IMG/VR virus record: IMGVR_UViG_3300047550_001730
Location: 1-29,638 of that record
Reading direction: 5' to 3' (one strand)
Length of the DNA: 29,638 nt
From: a virus
Lineage: Duplodnaviria > Caudoviricetes
Below the pieces are notes generated by a model that ran no database searches, was not told the DNA's origin, and was given only the letters and a program-made list of their open reading frames with translations. Both the position numbers and the translations under genes were made by a program. Of the stretch, positions 18,856-26,114 are shown piece after piece. Numbering within the stretch: the stretch's first letter is position 1; each line of letters starts with the position of its first letter.

Positions 18856-19414
18856 GCCTCACAAAGGCGTGGGTCATCCACTATCGGACGAATACGGTGG
18901 CCTTGAGCCTCGAGCGAGGCACCAAATAACGCGTTTGCGTCCTGCATAGACAGGGCAAGGATCTCGCTCGGGTGCCATCCATATGCACTGGCGAAATGAT
19001 GGATGTACTTAGCGACCATCCCTGCCCGACTCAGTTTCCCGGTACAGCCTCAGAACCCTCGATGACGACCTGAGACCCTGTGGCCTGCTCGATCATCTCG
19101 CGGATCTGACAAGCGATGTCGGCCAAGTCGGCGAGCGGGATGGATGGCAGGTTGAGCGACTCTTTTAGGATGCGTGCTTTGTCCCCTGCAAGGTAAGCGG
19201 CGGTGGCCTCTGCAACCTTTTCCTGCGGTGCACTGTGAAGATAGATGAACCCGAGGACATCAGCCATGCGTGTGCTCGGAGCGGTGAGGAGTTCGTTTCC
19301 GGTCAACTCCATAAGCGCAAAGGTTTGGAGCGTGAGTGGTCGGCATGGGATTCCGGCCACGGTGGCGGCAGCGTTGGACGTGCCCGTGATGAGGTGTTGG
19401 ATGTCAGTCAGCAT
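18852..19414 (-). CDS. Tail assembly chaperone, frameshifted long form (gpGT-like, about 187 aa)
   Basis: The -1 frame after G GGA AAC reads LSRAGMVAKYIHHFASAYGWHPSEILALSMQDANALFGAS...LCEA and stops at TGA 18854-18852, overlapping the next ATG. Confidence 0.8.
19031..19414 (-). CDS. Tail assembly chaperone, short form (gpG-like, 127 aa)
   Basis: Lies upstream of the TMP; RPLTL motif; ends in PGN on a slippery heptamer. Confidence 0.8.
   Translation of the reverse strand: MLTDIQHLITGTSNAAATVAGIPCRPLTLQTFALMELTGNELLTAPSTRMADVLGFIYLHSAPQEKVAEATAAYLAGDKARILKESLNLPSIPLADLADIACQIREMIEQATGSQVVIEGSEAVPGN
19034..19040 (-). promoter_or_regulatory. Programmed -1 ribosomal frameshift site G GGA AAC
   Basis: X XXY YYZ heptamer in the correct phase, directly before the TGA of the chaperone. 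Confidence 0.85.
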
Positions 19415-19422
19415 GGTTATGG

Positions 19423-19941
19423 TTAGGCGAAATGTTTGAAGGTTTTGAGCGCGTCTTGAAGCGTCTCGGTGGGAGCGTAGAGGATTCCACGACGAAGCTT
19501 TTGACGGGTCAGTTCGTGCGTTGCGTTAACGAATGAGGCGAGCGTGGTGGCATTCTCGCAGATGGCAACGCCGATGTAAGACTGCTCGGGATTTGCAGCC
19601 TTTCGCACGCGGTTGATTTCGTCGCGCACCTCGAGGCACGCGTGGATGATCTGCAGTTCGGCGAGAATCCGGAAGTCGAGGTTCTCGGGTCTCTTGCCTT
19701 TGGTGAGGGCGAAGTATGCGCTCGCGATTGCATCGGCCTTGATGGCGATTTGAGGTTCTCCGCCGAATCCCTTCCACGTTCCAGCGACCTCGAAGTGGAA
19801 CGTCGTACGAACTTCTGCTTCTCCGTTTGGTAGCGTTCGACGTTCGACGGTGACGGGGTTCTCTGCGTGCGGAGGGATCCCGATGGTAGCTAGTGCGACA
19901 GCCAATCGCTGATTTCCCGTGGTGTAAAAAGAGGTGATCAT
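19423..19941 (-). CDS. Hypothetical protein in the tail module (172 aa)
   Basis: Clean ORF filling the gap between the tube-like genes and the chaperone. Confidence 0.75.
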   Translation of the reverse strand: MITSFYTTGNQRLAVALATIGIPPHAENPVTVERRTLPNGEAEVRTTFHFEVAGTWKGFGGEPQIAIKADAIASAYFALTKGKRPENLDFRILAELQIIHACLEVRDEINRVRKAANPEQSYIGVAICENATTLASFVNATHELTRQKLRRGILYAPTETLQDALKTFKHFA

Positions 19942-20018
19942 GACAAGGTGAGAATCCGGTTTTGAAAGGAGACGCGGTTTTGGCCCACCGCTTCCGGAAA
20001 CTCCTCGGGGCTGATGGA

Positions 20019-20360
20019 TTAAGAGATGCCGTCGTAAGCGACCGCCTGCACGTTCGATTTGGTGAGGTCTTCCGACGATTCGACGACCTCGGAAGAGGTC
20101 ACGAATACCGCACCGGTGACGAAGCCTGAGATGAGACTCGGAAGCGTTGCGGTGTCTCCCACGTTTGGCGAGGTCGCTTCGTAGGTCTCGAAGTTCACCT
20201 CGTCCTTGATCGCGAAGTAAACGACAGCACCGAAGCCCCCGTTCCCGTCAGGGATTTCCTTTTTGGATGAGGTCTTGTTGACGGTTGCGGTGGTGAGGAG
20301 CGTCGCGGATGACCCTCCGGTGCCGAATGTTACCGCTGTACCTTTGATGATTTCAGCCAT
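20019..20360 (-). CDS. Putative tail tube protein T2 (113 aa)
   Basis: Small, beta-rich and Thr/Ser/Gly-rich; lies between neck genes and chaperone; paralogue of 20380..20706. Confidence 0.65.
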   Translation of the reverse strand: MAEIIKGTAVTFGTGGSSATLLTTATVNKTSSKKEIPDGNGGFGAVVYFAIKDEVNFETYEATSPNVGDTATLPSLISGFVTGAVFVTSSEVVESSEDLTKSNVQAVAYDGIS

Positions 20361-20379
20361 GATTTTGAGTTGGTTGAGG

Positions 20380-20706
20380 TTAGGTCAAGCCAGCGTAGAG
20401 GGTCTTCGACACCGTCAGCTTCGCCACATCCTCGGCGGAGAACGAGCGGTTGATGGAATCGATGAACGTGTTCGAACCGGCTGCACTACCAATGGTTCCG
20501 CTGAACGTCCCGCTGATGTAGCCGTCGATCGTGATTTCCGTTTTCAGGTTGTAGAGCGCGACGCTCTGCACGTCCCCGTTCGGCCCGATGATTTCTTTTG
20601 TGGCGGAGGATTTTTTGGCGTTGTACTGCGTAACGAGCATCCCCGTCTGGGTTTGCGCCGTTCCGAGTGTGCCATAGTCTTCTCCGTTGTCGTGGATGGT
20701 TGCCAT
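20380..20706 (-). CDS. Putative tail tube protein T1 (108 aa)
   Basis: ATG 20706 follows the upstream stop at 20711; KEI..NG....V.....K.E and ED..K..V....Y.G motifs are shared with T2. Confidence 0.65.
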   Translation of the reverse strand: MATIHDNGEDYGTLGTAQTQTGMLVTQYNAKKSSATKEIIGPNGDVQSVALYNLKTEITIDGYISGTFSGTIGSAAGSNTFIDSINRSFSAEDVAKLTVSKTLYAGLT

Positions 20707-20710
20707 GTCT

Positions 20711-21139
20711 TTATTGTTGAGAGAGTTGATAAGCCCAGACCTTGAAAGCGAATGAGTCCAGCTGGACCTCGTCGGTAAAAGTGGTGTTTTGCGCTCCGAG
20801 CACGAACCCGAGCACCTTGGCTGACTCAAAAGAAAACTGGTCGAAGTCGCCATCAGCCACGGGGTTCAGGAGTGCCGCGAGCACGTTTTGCCGGATCTGT
20901 GCGCTCTCCTCAGCAGTGTATGCTGAGCGGTTGACGCGGAGTATGGCTTGCCCGTCGAGAATGAAGACCCGTGAGCCAGCGACGAGTTCGCGGTTGATTT
21001 CGGTCGAGATGAAGATGGACGCGGTCTCCTTGACCTCATCGGTGTCCGAAGTGAGCACCTGCAATGTCGCGAGATCCTCGTCGGCCTTCATCGCGGCGAC
21101 GATCCCAGCTTGGACATCGGCTTGGAAGTTAGTGCTCAT
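20711..21139 (-). CDS. Putative tail terminator / neck protein (142 aa)
   Basis: Size, acidity and position before the tube genes; ATGA coupling. Confidence 0.6.
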   Translation of the reverse strand: MSTNFQADVQAGIVAAMKADEDLATLQVLTSDTDEVKETASIFISTEINRELVAGSRVFILDGQAILRVNRSAYTAEESAQIRQNVLAALLNPVADGDFDQFSFESAKVLGFVLGAQNTTFTDEVQLDSFAFKVWAYQLSQQ

Positions 21140-21459
21140 TGGTCTTGTCGGACGACGAACTGCAGGATCGGGTTCTCAGGCAGGTTTTTCACCGTCATCA
21201 CGCGGTACTTCATCCCGTCGATGGTGAACTGATTCTTGCGAGGGTCCCCACCTTTACCGAACTCATCAAACGCCGTGCGCGAGATTCGAATGGTCAACTC
21301 TCCTCCAGCGTTGATTCCGCCTTCCTCCGGGATCGTCATGTAGTCCGACTCTGACACCATCGCTTGCACGCTCTCACCGTTGAGCAACACCGTCGCACCC
21401 ATCGTCGAAGCGGCGCGGTTGAATGCTCGGAGCAGAGCGTTGGAGAATGCGGTTCTCAT
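21136..21459 (-). CDS. Head-tail joining / head closure protein, gpFII-like (107 aa)
   Basis: MGATVLLNG...FTIDGMKYRV beta-barrel pattern; position after the capsid gene. Confidence 0.7.
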   Translation of the reverse strand: MRTAFSNALLRAFNRAASTMGATVLLNGESVQAMVSESDYMTIPEEGGINAGGELTIRISRTAFDEFGKGGDPRKNQFTIDGMKYRVMTVKNLPENPILQFVVRQDQ

Positions 21460-21677
21460 GCGTAGGCGATGAACTCGAGACCTTTGCCTTTGATGGTCGG
21501 CAGCATCCCGTTTTCATCGTAAATCCCCGCACCTTTTGGGACGAGTGGAGCGGCGGTGATGGGAGGCGGGTTGACGGCCTTCGGTCCCGACTGGAACGTC
21601 ACCTTGGCCAGCACGGCGAGGCCCCCCGGGGTGTCCATTCCGGTGTAGCGTTGAACTTGTGAGGTGGGTGGAACCAT
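21456..21677 (-). CDS. Small Pro-rich hypothetical protein (73 aa)
   Basis: Fills the gap after the terminator; its stop is ATGA-coupled to the next gene. Start uncertain (21677 or 21638). Confidence 0.55.
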   Translation of the reverse strand: MVPPTSQVQRYTGMDTPGGLAVLAKVTFQSGPKAVNPPPITAAPLVPKGAGIYDENGMLPTIKGKGLEFIAYA

Positions 21678-21680
21678 ACG

Positions 21681-21711
21681 AAAAAAGGGGAACGGGGTTC
21701 TCCCGTTCCCC
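21681..21711 (-). terminator. Rho-independent terminator after the major capsid gene
   Basis: Minus strand GGGGAACGGG-agaac-CCCGTTCCCC-TTTTTT: a 10-bp stem followed by 6 U. Confidence 0.88.
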
Positions 21712-21728
21712 CTTCGAACTGCAATGCA

Positions 21729-22673
21729 TTACGCGATCGTGAGCAACTCACCAGCGGTCGCATCAACAACCTTCTCGGAGGTGTGTTGACGCACGCGAAC
21801 CACGCCCGAGCGGCGTGCTTCGTCGCGGTAGGTCTCAACGACGAACAGGTCGGAAGCGTCTCCCGTCCACGTCAGCGTGCGGCCAGCTCCGCCAGCGACG
21901 AAGTCACCAGACTGAACATTGCCGATCCATGCGCGGTTGGAGCCCCAGATGAACGAGCCCGAAGCGGCTTGGCCTTTCTTCGACGAGTCGTATGCGGACG
22001 AGGCGACCAGCACCTTGTCGATGCCGATGTTGGCAGCGATCAGTGCGGCGTCCACGTTGCGGAGGTCACCCGTTCCAACAGACCCGAAGATGTAGCTCTG
22101 CATCTTCGCGTTCTTCCTGAGCAGGTTGTACACGTCGAGGTTGACCACGAGTGTGTTCGCATCCACGCCTTTCTTGCGAAGGCGGGAGATGGCGTCCTGC
22201 AAGTCACTCACGGGGTCTGCTGCGGAGTTGCTCCACACCGTTCCCACCGTCGTGTTGTTGAAGTTCGACGTGTTGAAGATCGCAGCGGCCACACGGGTTT
22301 CGTGAGCCAGCTTGATGTTGCGGAGCAACAGCTTCGCGATCGTGGCCTCGGTGTCGAGGAACCGCGAGAGGTCAGCTTGATTGGAGTCGTCGATCAACTC
22401 TTCCAACCCGCGATCCTCGCAGAGGTAGGTGTCGGACGTGAAAGCACGGCTGATGCGGCTGTAAGAGCCGTCAGCGTTGCGCTTTGCCGCGTCAGCGTCA
22501 ACCCGCATCAGATGGCCCGTTGCGGTGTCGATTTTGAGGTATTGTCCAGCCTTCGTGGCCACCGAGAGGGGAGGCATCACGAGACCGCCGATGAGACCGG
22601 AATCGGCCCCACCTGATTGAATGACAGCCTGTTGGATGTCACCGCGTAGTACTGCGCCTGTGTTTGCGTACAT
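21729..22673 (-). CDS. Major capsid protein, HK97 fold, lambda gpE-like (314 aa)
   Basis: Y.CEDRGLEELIDD, WSNSAADPVSDL and ANTLVV motifs; AAAGGA RBS; follows the decoration gene and precedes a terminator. Confidence 0.88.
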   Translation of the reverse strand: MYANTGAVLRGDIQQAVIQSGGADSGLIGGLVMPPLSVATKAGQYLKIDTATGHLMRVDADAAKRNADGSYSRISRAFTSDTYLCEDRGLEELIDDSNQADLSRFLDTEATIAKLLLRNIKLAHETRVAAAIFNTSNFNNTTVGTVWSNSAADPVSDLQDAISRLRKKGVDANTLVVNLDVYNLLRKNAKMQSYIFGSVGTGDLRNVDAALIAANIGIDKVLVASSAYDSSKKGQAASGSFIWGSNRAWIGNVQSGDFVAGGAGRTLTWTGDASDLFVVETYRDEARRSGVVRVRQHTSEKVVDATAGELLTIA

Positions 22674-22691
22674 TGTCTAAGTCCTTTCCGT

Positions 22692-23063
22692 TTAAGAGTG
22701 AGCGTTGACCCCGAGTGCGACCTCGATCACGTCCCCGTCAGCGGTTGCCGCTTCGAGAGCGATGCCGATGGGGTTGTTGCTCGACGTTGCTGTGGCGAGG
22801 ATTTTGCCAGAGGCGGCAGGATAAACTGCAGCACCGGCGGTGATTGCGCCACCAGCCTTCATTTCGAAGGTTCCGGATGCGCTGTTGAGTTTGACCGTCA
22901 CGATGCCGCTCGCTGCTGCGTCAGCGAGAGCTACGCCGAGAGCGGTGCCGTTTGGTGCGCCAGCTGCGACAGCCAGCCCAGAGGAGAGTGCAATGCGCTG
23001 ACCGACCGAGAGAGCCGAGGCTCCCACGGCGAACGCTTTGAACCCGGAGTCGTTTTGTGCCAT
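22692..23063 (-). CDS. Capsid decoration / cement protein, DUF2190-like (123 aa)
   Basis: Ala/Gly-rich; AGGAITAGAAVY...GK...IGIALEAATADGDVIEV motif. Confidence 0.82.
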   Translation of the reverse strand: MAQNDSGFKAFAVGASALSVGQRIALSSGLAVAAGAPNGTALGVALADAAASGIVTVKLNSASGTFEMKAGGAITAGAAVYPAASGKILATATSSNNPIGIALEAATADGDVIEVALGVNAHS

Positions 23064-23075
23064 GTGTTTTGTGCT

Positions 23076-23993
23076 TTAGGGTTTGAGGATTCCTTTGGCG
23101 ATCAGGTGGTTCCTGTACGCTTCAGGGTTTTTCCGGAGTTCGGAAAAGTCGGTAGGCTGTTCAGCCTTTGCTTCGGTTGCAACGCCCGGAGCGACGGGTG
23201 TTCCGAAGGATTTGATGAGAGCGGCGAGTGCCTCGAACTTGGTTTCGACGGCCCCGAGGATCTTCTCCTCGACTGCCTCGAAAGCAGCACCGGCGACCTC
23301 TTCGGCCTTTGCGCTCATCGCTGCTTCCTCGGGCATTGGCTTGCCCATCTCTGCCTCAGGTGTCTCGGTTGTTTCTTCGGTGAGGAGTGCTTGGAGCATT
23401 CCCTTGATCTCCGAGATTGCTGCTTCGACCGTGGCGAGGCGGTCCTCGACGGTCGGCGCGGGTGCCTCGGCCATTGCTTCGGTTTTGGGTTCTTCCTTCA
23501 TTGGAGTCTCAACATTCTGCGCCTCATCAACTGCCGCCTCGAAAAGGCCGTCCGGGTTTGCTGCTGGCTCATCAACCAAGTCGACCGAGCGGAGGCGCGT
23601 GCATCGTGCGTAGGCGGCCCCGTTGACGTCTTGCGGCTTCCCCTCGAACGAAATGGAAAGCCCGAATGATTCAGGGGTTTTGGTGGCCAGTTCGAGGATG
23701 AAATCTCGGCGGGGCGAGGTCTGGAACAGTTGGAGATCCGCGAGCACCTTCTCATCCTCGACACGGAAGTTGACGAGACGACCGACAATCTCCTCCACGC
23801 CTGATTCGTGGCCGACCTTCACCTTGATTCCACTCTTAGCTGCGTTGCCGCATTTGACGACCTGCGAGAGGGTTGTCTCGTCGATGAGGAGACCGTGCCC
23901 CTTGGCCACCCCGAGGGTGATGACCGAGACGCCAAAGATGGTGTCAGCGTCGATGCTTGTGGGAGAAAGTGCTTGGAAGGAAGTCGTCTTCAT
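23076..23993 (-). CDS. Prohead protease / scaffold protein (305 aa)
   Basis: KVGH, FGLSI and SVDLVDEPAANPDGLF protease motifs, then an acidic Ala/Glu-rich scaffold. ATG 23993 gives ATGA coupling. Confidence 0.82.
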   Translation of the reverse strand: MKTTSFQALSPTSIDADTIFGVSVITLGVAKGHGLLIDETTLSQVVKCGNAAKSGIKVKVGHESGVEEIVGRLVNFRVEDEKVLADLQLFQTSPRRDFILELATKTPESFGLSISFEGKPQDVNGAAYARCTRLRSVDLVDEPAANPDGLFEAAVDEAQNVETPMKEEPKTEAMAEAPAPTVEDRLATVEAAISEIKGMLQALLTEETTETPEAEMGKPMPEEAAMSAKAEEVAGAAFEAVEEKILGAVETKFEALAALIKSFGTPVAPGVATEAKAEQPTDFSELRKNPEAYRNHLIAKGILKP

Positions 23994-24157
23994 TTGCTCA
24001 TGCGGGTTTGAAGTTTGCGCTTGTTGGCGTAGTAAGCCCGAATGGCTGCGATAGCATCCTCGCGAGTCTTGTGATGCGACACAACTGATTCCTGCCCCGG
24101 GTAAACTTTCACCTTGGCCCAGCCTGTCGGCGTTTTGCGGATTGCGTACGGCATCAT
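23990..24157 (-). CDS. Small hypothetical head-module protein (55 aa)
   Basis: MMPYAIRKTPTGWAKVKV...HKTREDAIAAIRAYYAN; ATGA overlaps at both ends. Confidence 0.7.
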   Translation of the reverse strand: MMPYAIRKTPTGWAKVKVYPGQESVVSHHKTREDAIAAIRAYYANKRKLQTRMSK

Positions 24158-25878
24158 GCGGTCTTGTTGAGTCTCTCGACGATCCGGTTGGCCCATGCTT
24201 GGCCAGCGTCCCCGCCCCATCCATCCCAAGCCTGACGGCCCTTGCCGTAGTCGTCCCACGTCGAGCCCTGCTTGTCGCTTTGGTGCCGGTCGAAATAGGC
24301 TTTCATCCGTCTCACGGTATCGGCTGAAACTGGTCTCCCGTTGGCCAAGTCACGAGCGCGAGCGATCCCGACCGGAGTCATCCCGCGCTGCGATGCTGGC
24401 TTCTTGGCACGTTCACGGAGTGCGCGAGCGGCTGCTGCACGAACGGCCTGAGGTGGCTCGAACGAGTCCTCAGCAAACTGCGTCGATTCTTCGGCGGAAC
24501 TGAGCGCCGGTGGCGCGTTTTGAGCCTGAGCCAACACCAGAGGGTCCTCAACTCCTGCGGCCTCGAAAATCTCCTTCCTGCGTCGGACCTCGTTTGCCGC
24601 TTGGACGAATGCCTCTTCCCAGTCCTCGCCTTTGCTGGCGTAGTACTCAGCAAACGTAGTCGCCCCGTGGCGGAGTTCTGCCAGTTCTGCGGTCGTCTCT
24701 CTGCCGATGTCGGTGGATGGCCACGGAGGGAACTGCCAGCGATGCGCCCTCCATTGTGGAGACTGCGGAATGTCACCGTTGGAGATACCGAACGCGATGA
24801 CAGCCTCGATGATGGGATCGAGGATGCGGTTGGTCAGAATCATCTGGTACCGACTGCACACGCGAGCGGCTTGCTGCGAGTCGAGTCTGGCGGTCACCCC
24901 TCCGAGGTTGCTTGAGTCGATGAAGAATCCGTATGGAAGCCCGAGAGCATCAGCAAGATGACGTTGAAGTGATTGCAGGAATCCCGTGAATGTCACGCTC
25001 GGACGGTTGCTCATGAACCCAGTGACATCTTCACCGGGCTTAAGGTAGTGGATAGTGCCCGGCTTGATGCGTTCGATGGATTCTCCGGTGGTCGTCTGCT
25101 CGTCCCATCCCAGACCCTCGCCCGATGGAGTCCTGACAACCCCCGTCTGCTGACTCGCCCATTTGACTGCGTCCTTCTCTCCCGCGAGGATTTCGACGAT
25201 GTCTTTGCAGGTTGCGATGGCGGGGGCGAAGGCCGACACGCCACGGTAGGAGTCATGACGCTGCGGGTCGAACAGGTGCAGACACCGCTCGGCGGGAACT
25301 TCCTGCTCGTCAACGTAAGATGCACCCATGCTGCGGCGCGTGATCTGGTACGCCACTGGTCGGCCTGACTTTGCGTCGATGCGGATGCCTCCGATGAGGT
25401 CGTCGGCCACGGTCGAGTGGTACGGGTTGCCGATGCGGTCGGCCTCGATGAGTTGGAGGCGCGGCCCGTCCTCGGTGAGGCTCTTGACGAGGAGGCAGTC
25501 GCCATCTCGGACAAACGAGACGAATGCCAGTTGCATCAAGCTCAGGAAGTCGAACCGGCCTGAGAAGTCAGCACGCTTACACCAGTCAGCAAAGTAGGTT
25601 TCGTACGCGGAGTTAACAGCGGGGTCACTTGTCCTCGCTTGGTAGCGGAGGGATCCGAGCGTGTAGAGTGTCAGCTTGCGGAGGATGCCAGAGACCAATG
25701 GATGGTTGTTCTCAAGGTCGCGAGCTTCCCAGATCAGCTGAACGCGGCCTCGGTTTGCCGAAGCTGACTCCGCGTGGTTTGAGTAGTTCGAGGGTGTTTG
25801 CGCTCGGCTCTCGGTCGGCTCTGCGCCCTCCCACCGGAAAGCTCGAACTGCGTTGCGAATGCGGCGAATGAGTTTCAT
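24154..25878 (-). CDS. Portal protein, lambda family, with an extra C-terminal domain (574 aa)
   Basis: ARDLENNHP, RDGDCL, LQLIEADRI, RGVSAFAP and IHYLKPGEDV motifs. ATG 25878 gives ATGA coupling. Confidence 0.92.
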   Translation of the reverse strand: MKLIRRIRNAVRAFRWEGAEPTESRAQTPSNYSNHAESASANRGRVQLIWEARDLENNHPLVSGILRKLTLYTLGSLRYQARTSDPAVNSAYETYFADWCKRADFSGRFDFLSLMQLAFVSFVRDGDCLLVKSLTEDGPRLQLIEADRIGNPYHSTVADDLIGGIRIDAKSGRPVAYQITRRSMGASYVDEQEVPAERCLHLFDPQRHDSYRGVSAFAPAIATCKDIVEILAGEKDAVKWASQQTGVVRTPSGEGLGWDEQTTTGESIERIKPGTIHYLKPGEDVTGFMSNRPSVTFTGFLQSLQRHLADALGLPYGFFIDSSNLGGVTARLDSQQAARVCSRYQMILTNRILDPIIEAVIAFGISNGDIPQSPQWRAHRWQFPPWPSTDIGRETTAELAELRHGATTFAEYYASKGEDWEEAFVQAANEVRRRKEIFEAAGVEDPLVLAQAQNAPPALSSAEESTQFAEDSFEPPQAVRAAAARALRERAKKPASQRGMTPVGIARARDLANGRPVSADTVRRMKAYFDRHQSDKQGSTWDDYGKGRQAWDGWGGDAGQAWANRIVERLNKTA

Positions 25879-26114
25879 CGGAAGGATGCTCGCACGCGGT
25901 TTCTCGGCGTCGAGCGTGAGCGTTCGGTAACGATTTGAGCGCACGCGGCGAGTTCTTTGGCGATCTGTACGCGGTCGCGTTGCGAGGATGTTCCGGCTGA
26001 CGACACCGAGGTGTACGGGTCTGCGAACTCGGCCTTGAGGCGAGCGTATGCTTCCGCCAACTCCGAAGCGGTCATCGCTCGAAAAATCCCCTGATAGTCG
26101 ATTTCGTCAGCCAT
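25875..26114 (-). CDS. Head completion / gpW-like protein (79 aa)
   Basis: Small helix-hairpin-helix-like ORF between TerL and portal, the lambda W position. Confidence 0.65.
   Translation of the reverse strand: MADEIDYQGIFRAMTASELAEAYARLKAEFADPYTSVSSAGTSSQRDRVQIAKELAACAQIVTERSRSTPRNRVRASFR

Noticed and set aside
21783-23669. Long plus-strand ORFs (277, 323 and 176 aa) opposite the capsid and protease genes
   Set aside because: Antisense shadows expected in GC-rich coding DNA; no motifs or start signals.
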